Positions 25,575 to 37,959 of a stretch of 64,000 bases of DNA are shown piece after piece. Positions within the stretch are counted from its first letter, which is position 1. Each line of letters starts with the position of its first letter. A program made the translations under genes and the position numbers. The notes beneath the pieces are model-generated. The model had not been told where the DNA came from, ran no database searches, and was given only the letters and a program-made list of their open reading frames with translations. The DNA is from Marsupella aquatica (taxonomy: Eukaryota; Plantae; Marchantiophyta): positions 25,381,233 through 25,445,232 of the forward strand of contig OZ316892.1 of the NCBI GenBank assembly GCA_973895155.1, written 5' to 3'.

Positions 25575-27070
25575 ATGGCAAAGCGGCCTCGTTCAGAGAT
25601 CCAATCAATGCTCATCCACATTAAAGGGGATAGCGACCATGTTTGGATTCCAAAAAAAATTGAGATAGACTCTTGGATTACTTTAAATCCACCAAAGAGA
25701 GGACCATGGGCTAAACAACATTTTATAGCTCAAGTAAAGAAGTTCAAGTTTGCCACAAATTCAGTAGTGTTACAATCTATATTGGTTGCACATGCATATT
25801 GTCCCCGACAGTTGCAGTTGGAGTCATGTTGTCAACATGGTGTACCCAGCAACCGGGTGAATTGTAAGTGTAATTTCTGATCCCTATATATAAGTTACTT
25901 TCAGTGCAATAAAACTATCTAAGCAAACTGCCATTAGTTATAGTAGGCATCAAATATTTACTAATGGTATTATTGTTTTTTTGCTACTAACAGATGTCTA
26001 CCCCACAAAATATGAAGATTGGCAGGACCCAAATTCTATATTAGATTTGGTTGTGGTGGTACATGGAGTTATTGGTGAAGCAACACGAGGAACCCGAACC
26101 CATAAGGAGTTGCTAGAATCAGGCATTTTATTTTATGATGCTTCTTATGTACCACCTTTGGGAAAAGGAAAGTTTGGGAAACTTATACCAATACCACTTC
26201 CTTCATTTGATGACCCATCATGGCCAATTCCCGACATGAGTACTACTGAGTCCTTTCGTGCTAGACTGTTTTCTGACTTTCATATGGCAATGAAACCCAG
26301 CACAGGTGGTCGTGTTTGTAGAATTAACTGGTTCATGCCATTCCACATCATGGTCGATCTATTTCATGTCCAAGTGGACATTGGAATGCGACAAACCAAG
26401 ACATTTTATGTTTTTAAACCAATCTCAGAAGATCTACTTGCATCTCTCATGGATCCAGGTTGGGATGTTAAAAGAGAGGCTGCAAGTGATATCATTAAAT
26501 GTCAAGTTCTTCAATTGTCTATCACTTTTAGATACCATGTTGGTCGGCAAATGTTCACTACTTTCGGATATGTTCGTGAACGACTTGTGAAGGACTTGTG
26601 GCTTGCAATGGACCAGTCAGATGCGGTGGAAATGATGAGTCTTGAGGTTGAACTTTTGGATGGAACATGTATCAATTTGGACGTTGGCAAAAATTGGGGC
26701 TTACGTGATATTCGTGAAGAAGTGGGGTTCTACATTAACTCTGAGGACTATGGAAATTGGGTTTTTGGCATTGTAAACCCAACCAAGCCTGGGCGTTGGG
26801 AAAAGGTATCAAGCATCCCAACCAGTTTTAGTCGGGGTTTTAGCCTTGCATGGTTCCACTAAATGTTTTAATAGCATCTACTTTAGATTCTAATCTGTAC
26901 TTGAACTGTTGTTTTAGCCTTCCATGGTTCCACAAAATGTTTTAATAGCATCTAGTTTAGATTGTAATCTGTACTTGAAGTGTTATTTGCAGATAAACAA
27001 GAGGAAGGAAAAGGATATGATTCTCAAAGACATTGGAGAAGGCAAATTTTTGCGCATAAAAAAAGGGTAG
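25575..27070 (+). CDS. Three-exon cargo gene, BAH-like N-terminus and possible ubiquitin-like C-terminus
   Basis: Exons 25575-25863, 25994-26805 and 26993-27070 joined by frame-preserving GT-AG introns, no stops. FIAQV..AY.P..VYPT..D..P.SI..VVV..FYD..Y pattern resembles BAH (tentative). Confidence 0.65.
26838..26985 (+). repeat. ~74-bp tandem duplication in intron 2 of the BAH-like gene
   Basis: TTAGCCTT.CATGGTTCCAC.AAATGTTTTAATAGCATCTA.TTTAGATT.TAATCTGTACTTGAA occurs twice. Confidence 0.8.
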
Positions 27071-27222
27071 GCACATGAAGGACTCTGATGAGAAGTTCAG
27101 AAGTATAGACAGTTATTTAAATCCAATCATATAGCTCACTACTAATTACATCTTTTGTGGCCCAACTCTAAGGGGGCCGGAAGTTGGCTTCAGCATTTTT
27201 TAATTTCTTCATAAGACAATAT

Positions 27223-29942
27223 CTATTCTATTTCCGCAAGAGATGGTGCACTTGACTCTCCTTGTCTTTGTTCATTCTGTCTATGTTGTACAATGCGATA
27301 CCAATGTTGGAAAGTTTGCACTATTGGTGATATACGCTGTTTAGTGCCACCGTGTTGTGTGTGTCGTTGGTATGTTGCTTTCGCTGATGCATGACTCTTC
27401 TCCATGCCTTGACAACTCCTTACCGACAAACTCCCATACTTTTCAACGAACCAAGATGCGTGTCGCACCAAAACATGCTGGCGTCACAGTCAGATGAGTA
27501 CAAGCGTGAGAACTACTGCAAAATAATTAACAATGTGCTAGCCAACAATCAGGTTTCGTGGACAAACGAGTAAATAATGCATCCACACTAAAACAGATGC
27601 AATTGAAATAAATCATTTTTCATGATTTGTTTTACCATGTAGTGGGTGATGTGGTGTTCACCAAAGGCTTCAATATAAAGTCTACCCCAATTCTCAATTT
27701 GTCCTTTGAATGCCAACCTTTGTGAATCAGTCAAAGTCAGCCCAGTCAGGTAAGGTTGCAACTCCTCATAAGCTCTCCACATGTGCATTCGAGAAAGCTT
27801 TCCTTCTGGCCCGTTATGATGATCAGCTGTACATAAGTCCATCCAAACTTTTTCGTTTTGGGAATATGTACTCTTTTTGAATAATCTTGTGACATGAGCT
27901 CCATTCATGCTTGGTCGATTGGGGACACTCCCAGTTGCTCCAGAAAGGTTTGGATCCTTGAATATTCTCACATTACCTCCATGAACCCCAGCTGAGGACA
28001 AAGATTCTTCCATTTGCTCTATAGCTTTTGCTTGAGAAGGTTTGTTTTGCATGTTCCAAACATACATGAAATGCAGATGCAAATTTTTTTCCACAATTCG
28101 AACATTAGCATGCAAGGTGCAAATATGTACACGCTCCAATGGTATTGGGAGTATTGGGTCAAAATGTGTGTCTCCTGATGTTCCACGACTTGGTTCTGCT
28201 GGAAAAGATGTGGAGAACAATCCACCCTTCCATGAAGGTTGTTGACGTTCCTTACCGGCTCTTCTTGCAGCCATATCACTCCCTAGTGCTTCTTTGCTTG
28301 ACTTTTCTTGGAGACAATAGATGCAAGAGTGTTTAGCATTTGCACCATGTTGCAACCCATACATGCATTTTATTGTTTTCATATCTGCTGTCAAATGCCA
28401 CTCCACTTTGTATTCTCCCATTCCTGGTACCTGTAATAATTTCCCTGCTTCCTGTGCTTGAATCACACTTGGAAATGATGTTGTTGAAAATATGAATTTC
28501 AATTGCGCATGTGACTCCTTTGCCACCTCAAAGCATGCCACTGGCCAAATGTCACGATCTGATTGCACTGAGAAGTATTGAGGGTCATCTTTCTGGATTG
28601 TCATATCCAAAGCCCTGTTCATAAGAGTAATTGAGACCCTTTCTAACTTTTGGTCTTTGACAATCTGTGCCTCATCCAATTTGAGGACAAATACTAGGGA
28701 ACTTTCACCAATCTCCTCTTTAGTGACATTGTAAAAGCGAACCATGTTTTGTTGTACCACTTCAAGGTCAACAAATAGTGAATTCTTGTCACTCAACATA
28801 ATTCTCTTGGGCTTTGTTCCATCAGTGGTTTTGGACTTCTTTGCCTTTGGGGCATCTGGAAGCTCCATATGCAAGCTTTTGTACTCACCAATGAAGTGAA
28901 CAAGGTTTGCATTATATTCAACCCTCAACTTAGACACTTGAGAGGAATTAGGAATAGCAGCAAGTTTCAACAGTGGATGCACAAACTTGAAGCCATTTTT
29001 CAAAGTTTTACGGATAGCAGAAAAACCTTTCTGAGAAACACCAGTTTGATCACACACTGCCAACATACTAGTTGGCTGGATATGATCTCCAACTTCAGTC
29101 AAGATACTGTTTGTGGCCTTCACAATTGTTGTGGTCATGCTAGGTTGTTGCACCATGTACTCCTTCTCCTCTTTTGTCAACATCTTTGCAAGTAACATAG
29201 CATTCTGTCTTTGTGCTTCAACATCTCCACAAATATGATGTTTCCCCCCACATATTGCATTATCCATTTGAACCTCCTTTGAAGTCCTTGCTTGTAGTAG
29301 AGTTCGGACTTGACGTCTTAATCTTTTTGCATGCCCACCTGTTTGACTCAGATCTGACAAGTCTTTTCTTTTGCGAACATGCCCTTCTCGCAACAATTTA
29401 TCATATTTTGTTCTCAAAGAAACAAGCTCTTTCTCTTTGTTTTGCAATGATGTTGTACATGCCAAAACTGATTGCTGTAAGCTTGCTATTTGATCATGGT
29501 CAGATTGCAATGACTGTATTTTTTGTAGCAACTGAAGGTTCTCCACCCTCAGCTCACGACTCACTTGCATAAAAAAAGCCCTGCCACTTTCTATGTTTTT
29601 GATGTTTGCCTCGTATTGCTTAGTAATAGTCATATTTGTTTTTGATAGGCTATGGGCATATCCATAGAATCCATTTTCTCCTTCACAAATATAAACTACA
29701 AGCTCCTTCAAGGTTGTAAAGGGTGGTGGTGCATTTGTTCTTGGATCTTTAGGGTATATAGCCCCATTTATCCACAGGTCTATGTTAGTAGCCCCCTCAA
29801 CCCTTTTTTGGGGGAAATCAAATTTCTGTGTTTGCAAGTCAACATTGACCCCTCTTTTGATGAGGGGCGCATATTTTGGATCCACTGCAAACCGTATCTC
29901 ATACGACTTGCCCCATTTGTTTGTAATGTCTTGCAAGGCCAT
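27223..29942 (-). CDS. RAG1/Transib(Chapaev)-like DDE transposase, ~850 aa, apparently intact (exons 29942-27636 and 27477-27223)
   Basis: VLKLDE (D1), LTADMK (D2), CIYC, CTLHANVR, SMNG, and after splicing ITHYMHVLVRH..EKYGSLSVRSCQGMEK. This is collinear with the RAG1 core motifs CDG / GYDEK / CTLC / DALH / MNGN / ITNYFHKTLAH..GSIGAWASEGNE. N-terminal coiled coil. Confidence 0.82.
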
Positions 29943-31889
29943 GACTCTGCATTTTAAGAGATGGTCATAATGGGAAAAAAATCAATCTCATTTATTGATA
30001 CAACTTAGAGTTCACGTTTTATGCTTAGAGCCTTTATTTAATTTACTAATTTGAAAGGAATTCTATCCAACGCTGCTAAAACCACAAATCCCCGTGGCAC
30101 AGCCTACTTACATATATGTACTAATGAGGGACATATATTCCTAGTTACACACTTTACTTCCATTTACTAATCAGGGCACTCACTGATTGAATGGACTCCA
30201 CTTGTGAAAATAACACTTGAATTCCTTGGCACTCCTCTTGTATGTTCGCCATCACCGTCTGTCACCAACCCATATTGTCTCTCAATCCACGTACTTGGAG
30301 ACGCATACATATCAAATATAAACATCCAAGTCAAGAATGTGTGTCTAGAGTCTGTAACTATTGTTTCCAGAAACAAATAGCAGAATCGATTCCTTCACAA
30401 CATTACCGCCCTCATTCTCAATGAGGTTTGTGTCCATCATGATTGCTCGTTGTTACCCGATTGTTGTTCTTCTTCTCACCTTTGGGTTTACCAAGATTGG
30501 CCTCAAAGCTGAATCTTAGCCATAAGGTTCAAACCTGAATTCTTAGACATAATTTTAAGCTGAAATCTTAGCAATAAGAAGCACACAACAAGATAGCTTT
30601 CCGTTAGCGTCTCTTGCAGGGAGCTCTCGTTGGATGTCCTCATCAAAAGGAGTTTTGCTTTGAATTTTGTATGTACATAGAGTACATAGTTTTGGTTTGA
30701 ATCCGCATACCAAGGAGTTCTTCTCATGGAAAAGCTCGAGAAATCCTAGTCCTTGCTTGTAGTAAGGAGGTTCAGAATTGCACAGAGGGAAGAGTCGATA
30801 TAAAGAGTGACGTTGTGCACGAAGAGTTTGCTTGGCCTGTGACAGATTATGCAGCTAGTGGTCTGTACAAAGGTGCGTGGACCGGGAAGTCAGGGAAAGA
30901 ATTTGGCAAACCGTGGGACACAGAATTTCCCTCATTCCGATCGGATTCCATTATTTCTCATGGGGGTTGGGATTGGGTCGGACCGAACCAGCAGCGGGGT
31001 CACATGAGGAAGCTGCGCTCGTCGATTGCAATGAATGTTGTGGGAGTCCAGCAGGTTTGTCTCGGAGATACACGGAGTGGGAGAGGCAGAGCAAGATTAT
31101 AGGTGGGCATGAAAAATAGCAGGATTCTAGGAACTTTGGAAAGATTTCCATCCATTCTCATTCTCCCACAGAGGAAGTGATTCAGGGTGCCGCTGTTTTG
31201 AAAAATACTAGGGCATCCAGCCAACCTGTCTCACCTCAACTCTCTTCTTCACCGAGACTGTCCTCACCCAAGCTTAATGATCGCTCAAAGTGGTTGCGTG
31301 CCGTCTCCAGTCAAGCAAACACAGCAAATTTCAAGCAAGTTCATACACGTACAATAATCGAAGCATATACTCCTTAATTAGTTTACACGGGCCACGGAAA
31401 GATTACCTCTTGTTGTACATGCATGGGGAAGAAAATCTCCAAAAAAGCTTAGCTAATTGAAACAACGACTGATGTTGAGGTGTAACGTTCCTAGGCCCAA
31501 TGAACAAAGGTAAGGCTGGAGGGTGATGATAGATCCATACATTTGATCCGCTGGTTTGCTACCGGTTTTGCTGTGATAAACCCTGGGATTGCGCCAACGC
31601 AAAACCATCAGGAAATGAACGATGGCCTCCTGTGACAAGTTTAACCTGCGGCAAGTATAAGTGCTTGAATGCCATCGAGAAATTAATTGTGCTTCCAGGA
31701 TCGACAATTCTTGGAGGGCAAAGAGTTTTGAATGTCTGCTCTGCATATGAACTACGTTGTCGAGCCCAAATCTGGCGAGTGCTTTAATCCAGCCAGTCAT
31801 GTGAGTGAGCGTAATCCCCTGAGCTGTGATGGGAGTTGCAACCGGTTGATGTGCCGCCCAAATTAAAAGCATTTCAAATTGGTGAACGT

Positions 31890-31942
31890 AGGATTCAAAG
31901 GCTTCATAGGATTCAAAAGCTTCACAGGATTCAAAAGCTTCA
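31890..31942. repeat. 18-bp tandem repeat x3
   Basis: GGATTCAAAAGCTTCA-type units. Confidence 0.75.
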
Positions 31943-33204
31943 ATTGCGGGATTCGAAAGGCCAAGATCATTGCAATGCTCCTCCCTTGGCGCCAGTCCTC
32001 TCTGAGAAAGCCGTTCATGCATTGGGTACGATACGGATACCCAATGCATGCCATTTCTTTTCAAGACTGGCAAGAATGAACAGACTTTTCCTTACAGGCA
32101 ACTACGATGCGACTAATCTCACCCGTCTGTTCTGAGATTGGGCAGCCAAGCCAAGAATTGGGCAGGTGCCAACTAGAACCTTTTTGACAAAGGCTTAAGG
32201 GCCTCGTTTGTGTTCAAAATGCTTCTAATGGCAACGTTCATACCTTCACAGCACAGCACAGTGCAGGATCAGATTGGATCTGATTTGGATGGCGAGCACT
32301 AATCACAATGAAGATCGAGCACCAAGCACCAATCACAATGAAGATCGAGCACTGATCACAAAGGAAGCACCAATCACCAAGAAATAACTGATCACCGAGA
32401 ACCACCAAGCAATGGGACCAAATAGAATGTCCCTTGCTGAGTTCACCCTAAATGGACAATCCTGCCAATGCGAGTGGGGATCAGATGTGCAACTTTTCAG
32501 AAGCTTCTATGCTGGATATCAGGGTAGCTCTTTTCAAGGCAATGCAATCACACAAGCTTGTGACTGTGACAACATAGACTTTGTTTGTCACTCCTGTGAA
32601 GTTTGCAAGCGGAGTGATAGATTCTAACCTGGCAGATGAAAGACTTCCTTCACTCTTTCGCCCTCACCAAGCATTCCTTTTGGGTCCGCATCTTTCTGCA
32701 AGCAATCACACAGCTCAATCCCGCAGCTAAAGAACCGGACAGCAGCAGCGAAGCAGCAATCCTCTAGCCGGCATCGCCCTCCTCTTGAATGAAAGGAAAG
32801 GAACACGTCGCAGGCAAAGAGGAAATGCTAGCAAACAGATAGCAACTGACATTGATGTGCGGCAACATTTGCAAGAGGAGCAACCTTCAAGGGCCCACAT
32901 AAGCCAGGAGTATCACCTTCTTTCCGCCAACCTTCCGTGGAATATGTCCCTGGGCAGAACGCAGGGAAACTGGGAGCAGAACGCAAGGAAACCGGGAGGG
33001 AAACAAGCAAAAAGCTATGGTGGAGACCTCATCAGTTTCTATCAAGCTCGATCCAAACCAAGTAATAGTTGGCCTCACAATGTACCTCCTCTCCGAACTC
33101 GCCCCAGAACTTGTGGCAGCAGTAGCACTCAGTCTACCTCGATCCTCTCCAATGTCGCGGCAGCGCAAAGTAGTCATAGTCACCCTCCAAAGTTGCGGCA
33201 GCGC

Positions 33205-33380
33205 AACGCAGCCCCGATTGTCACAAAGAAAGTGCAGCGTAGCCCCTCCTGATTGTCACGATGAAAGCGTAGCACAGCCCCTCCCGATTGTCACAAAGAA
33301 AGCAAAGCGCAGCCCCTCCCGATTGTCACGAAGAAAGTCGCGGTAGTGCATGCAGCCCTCCCAATTGTCACGAAGAAAGT
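33205..33380. repeat. 35-bp subterminal tandem repeat x5 in the giant transposon
   Basis: GATTGTCAC.AAGAAAG core at 33216, 33251, 33286, 33321 and 33363. Confidence 0.85.
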
Positions 33381-33952
33381 GAACATTGAGTTTGAAACTC
33401 AATGTTCGCGCGTCCTCCCTCAACCTCGGGCCCACAATCCTCGTCCCCTACAACCACCACCCGAGCCATTGTGCACCGTCAGATCTTAAACCCTAAACAT
33501 CGACAGCCCTTGCAAACCCTGAGTGGCATCATCGGTCCCCCGGGGTCCCTTAACCCACTTTAGACCCCATCCCAATAAACCCCAAATAGAAATAGTTGAC
33601 AATTATAAGGTTTGGTTACAATAGGGCAAAAATTGAAACATTCATGTTGCGGCAAAAAATCATATTTACCACCTAAAAACACGTGTCATAATTACAAGGA
33701 GACATGTGGTCAAATATAAACATGACGCGTGTCGCATGAACATATGACAATAAATTCCCTAACTTTTTTGGACACCTTCGGTGGAATATGTCCCAATTAA
33801 AAAATGCCTATTGTTCTTTAAAGCGGCCCAATAATTAAAATGGACCCTTTTGTTCTTCCACCAATCTTCGGAAGTCTTCCGCCGAACTCAATTAAATGGC
33901 CCTATACTTCGTCGCACGTGATGTGGCACTTCCGCGGAAGTGACCCCCCGAG

Positions 33953-34135
33953 TCGGTCATCACTGAATTCTTTAGACAGAGGGTGTCTATTGCGCTTCAG
34001 CGGGCACAGGCGTTCACTATTCTTCGTAGGGGGGAGGCTGTTGGTCTTAGGGCCGCTAGTAGGATTCCTTTGCTTGACCCCCCCATGCAGTTCACACCGG
34101 AGTTTTACCAAGCTCTCCAGTTTGCTGATAGGTAG
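33953..34135 (+). pseudogene. CRE-type non-LTR retrotransposon, right part (C-terminus)
   Basis: Joining across the TSD gives in-frame PMSVI-TEFFRQRVSIALQRAQA...ADR*, the typical RLE C-terminal motif. Confidence 0.85.
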
Positions 34136-37100
34136 GCGCTTGGGTTCCTGTCTTTGGGTTTGCTTTTCTTGGCCCCTTGGTGGTCTCCCCCCTTGATTGG
34201 GTCTTTTGCCTGAGGGATCATGTCTCCCGGTTCGGCGCCCTCTGTTTTTTGGCAGTTTGATATCTACTGTACCTTTCGTTTCCATTTTTCCAAGAAAGAA
34301 GTAAAGAATATTGTAGTGAGGAGACTGCGCCACTCATGATGTTCTATGACCCTCATGATCATTTTGACAGTTCCGCTCAGCAGCATTCCAACGTTCTAAA
34401 GGCTCTTTGCAAGCTGAAATACCGTCCGTCGACAAGCTTGGGATGGAATAAATTGCCATGCCAATTCCCTATAGTTGTTTTGAAGGTCTTGCCATGACGT
34501 GACTGATAAGGAGGAGTACCGGGAGTGTGCAAGGAGTAGATTGGTCGGATGTGGTATGTATGCTCTTGCTGCTGTTCCGTAATTTGATCGTGATTTCAAA
34601 CTTCATGTCCTCTTTATAGTAAATCTGTCAGCGTATACTTTCATGCTTTCCGGACATTTGCTGTCAGGAGCCTCCGGCTTAGTTTCCTTTCCGTCGGGGG
34701 CAATAAAAGCAAGCAAAAGCCCACCCCCTTACATGCCTGGAAATCTGTGCCCGATTCTCATCACTAATACTACCCCCCCGATTACTCATTCTTTAAATGT
34801 CAATAGCGCGAGGGTACTAAAAATGTAACCAAAATATATAATGTATATATATTTTTAAAATATTAATGAAATGATAAAAAAATATCATCCATGTATCATT
34901 TTAATAATAATCATATAACATATTAAATTTTAATAATCATATAACATATTAAAAAAATTTTATACACATTTTTCTTTCTATGCACATATATGTTCTGATG
35001 GGGCCATAAAGCTCATTTTTAATATAAATAGAAATGATAACAAAAACCATGTATGATTATCATTTGACATATATCATAGTTAGTAGTATTCACATTCACA
35101 TGATGAACCATGGAGTTACAATCTAGAGTCTTCATTCTAGAAGCATAGGCCCCAATTCTAGCTTGTGCTTGGTTCTTTATAATTAAGATGGTCGCCATCA
35201 AAAATTTGCCAGCATCACACCTTCTACTATCGCATTGACCGCAAAGTGGAGGAGTAGCAGAGGGCGACAACCTGCCAAAAAGTTGTCTACTGGAGCTGCA
35301 CCACAAGCAAAGCAAAGCACGACCACGTGCCATAAGATGTATATATGACTATGGTAGTTTTCTAGTAAAGAGTAGTAGCATCATTGCCTGACAACAAAAC
35401 AAACTCCCAGCGCATTCATGTAAGACCTGTTTGTTAATTTTGTTTGTGGGCTTGCATAGGCACTGATAGTCTTTGAATGTATATTAAAAGAGCATCTCAA
35501 AGCTCTGTCAGTAGCTAAACTTATGGATTTGTACTATATATGAGAGGAGTTATGAGACCCAGTAATGGAGTCTTAAAAATGGGGGGTAGCATTGACCCAT
35601 CTCATAAGGCAAGAGTTATGTTCTCGCCTGTCTCATAGCCTATATTCTTTTCACCTCCATTCTTGATCAGTCATCATCTCATATGGGTAGCCTTCACCAT
35701 GTCAGACACAAAGCCCACGTGCCTTCAGTTGGGGCTTTCCATAATTGCAGAGTCCTGGATTTCCGGATTTTCAAATTTGCGCCTAAAGTTACGGGTGAAG
35801 TGTTGAGCCCACGGGCTTTCCTTACAGTAGCTAAAGATTGGCTCCCAAATTTTTATGGGAGTTCCCGTAACGCTGGAGTTATGCCTTATCTTGTTAATGT
35901 GAGACTTCGATACGCCTAATAAAAGATAGATTGATAATGTAATATCTCCATTTGCAGAAATAGTTTAGTCAATTGAAGTCAGAGTGTGGGTCCAGTTCTT
36001 GAGAATTTTTCATCGATAGTTGGAAATGATTACACCTTGGAAGCAGAATGATGAAGACTATCTTGCCCAAAATGAGAATAAAAGTGTCTCTAATAACACA
36101 GGTTTATTTACACTTTACAACTCTACTGCATTCTGTCCTACTCTCTACAAGTTATTCCATCTAAATGTACTGCTTCTCTCTGCTTTTTCAATTCCTGGTT
36201 CTCTTGTGAGAGTTTTTTACAGGACTGTCTCCTGCATTTTTGAGCAGGACCATTATTTCCGGTGCTGAATTGGAGGGTTTTGCTTCCAATTGGAAGCCCA
36301 GTTCATTCCATTAGAAAAGGTATGGTACTGGAAACAATTAACCTCTGTGGAATGATATGGGCGGTTACTATGCTATCATTTCCCTGGCGGAATTTCTTCA
36401 GTTTGTAATGAAACATGAGATCTTCTGATACACCAGTGGAAGCAAGTTTTATTCAATATATTTTGTAGATGTTTGTACCTTGTGTTGTATATTACAAGTT
36501 TTTACCGAGGAGCTCCGTGGTGCTTTGGAAACAAACGATTGTGATAGCATACCCAATTTCGGTTCACGGGAGACATTGTACCACATAATGTTTACTGCTT
36601 TGAGGAGTCTGGAATGCTGAGCTCCTAAAACTGGTGGAGTTCACGGCTTGATAGGTTGCATTCAAGGTATTGAGTTTGCGCACCTGACTGTATTGCTGCT
36701 GTGGGAGACCCCATTCAGTTTGTGGTAACAAATTGTCCCGATGTTCCTTTAAGCAAGCTTTAACTTACTCCTTGACAAGTAAGTTGCATTCTCAGTTTGA
36801 GTTAGGTCACCTGACATGACTGTACTCCTATCACCAAGATTGAAAATATCCTAGTATGGTCTTCAAATCAACCTCCTTTACTGCTGCAGCAGTTTCATGC
36901 ATCTGATTGGAGGCTCTCTCCTCCCAAATCAGATAAAATCATTCTTTCCATCATTCAAGGTTGTCACTTTTGATGAATATGATGATAAATCTACTACTAT
37001 AATAAAGAATCCCACCAGTTTCTGTCCATCATCCCCTTACAAAGTGAAAAAGGAGGGAACAATGCTCAGCCCTTAGATACTTTCTAGAATTATTTAAGGC

Positions 37101-37959
37101 TCTTGGATTAAGTGAGATGGGTACCCAAGATTGGTTCTAAGTTATAGTACAAAGTAGTTATACTATCTCATAGAGTATAGAGTACTTGAATGTACTGTAG
37201 TTATTTTGTAGCTTGCTTATAGTACTTTTTGGCATGAAGCATTATAGTGGAAGTAGATTAGTGTAAGGTCTATTTAGAATATATTTTGACATAGAGTATT
37301 ACAATGAAAACAGATTGACCTGAGATAATGGTTTTGGCATGGAGCAAAGGGACTAATGGGAAGTTAAGTAGATTGACATTAAATTATTTTAATTTTTCTC
37401 TTAAAAAAGGAGATTTCATTTCTTGGAGGTTAATTGCCTTTTCTTCCCATTTTTTAACTCCTTTTGAAATCTTGTTAAACCACAACTTCCCCTATATAAG
37501 GGGAAGTGTCCAAGACCTCCCCTTTTTTCCACATTTCAATCACTATTCTCCTCTAGCATGCCAGTTTGCTCCACAATTTCAGGAAAAATCTACTTCTAAT
37601 GGTAATTACGTCCACAATTTCAGGAAAAATCTCCTTTTAATGGTAATTACGGGTAACCCGTAGCCTTTGAAGGGCAGTTGTACTTTAATGGTGTACGTTA
37701 AAGGGAAGAAAAAAGGGGGAGGAGGAAGGACGAGGCACTAAGAGGGCAAGAGGGGAAAGCAAGGAAAGAAGGGGGGGGGGGGGGAGGGAGGGATAGGGAG
37801 GCCAGAAAAACTTGGGTAAAAAATTAAATATGGGTTGAATAGATGCGGTGGTTGCCATCTTGCATCTCCAATTTCTATGTGTAACACACATGTTATTAAA
37901 CACCACCACAACAACTTTACCTTACCTTACCTTACCTTGACATATGCATGTTTCTCTCA

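Larger units (their letters stand above)
15845..33952. mobile_element. Giant (18,108 bp) TIR DNA transposon with two DDE transposases and cargo genes
   Basis: Left end CTCAGGGGGGTCACT; right end reverse complement CTCGGGGGGTCACT. Internal inverted 14-mer ACATCACGTGCGAC at 15874-15887 and 33911-33924. Exact TSD TCGGTCAT at 15837-15844 and 33953-33960. Splits a LINE ORF precisely. Confidence 0.93.

Noticed and set aside
21498-29942. A true V(D)J-like system (RAG1 + RAG2 + TdT)
   Set aside because: No kelch-repeat RAG2, no polymerase core and no RSS-flanked segment array; the resemblance is a domain-level analogy only.
33205-33380. 35-bp periodic repeats as a CRISPR array
   Set aside because: Units are tandem with similar intervening sequence, there are no unique spacers or cas genes, and the context is eukaryotic.
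24200-33400. Separate nested Transib/Chapaev element around the RAG1-like gene
   Set aside because: No convincing CAC...GTG inverted termini or TSD found by eye; left open rather than annotated.
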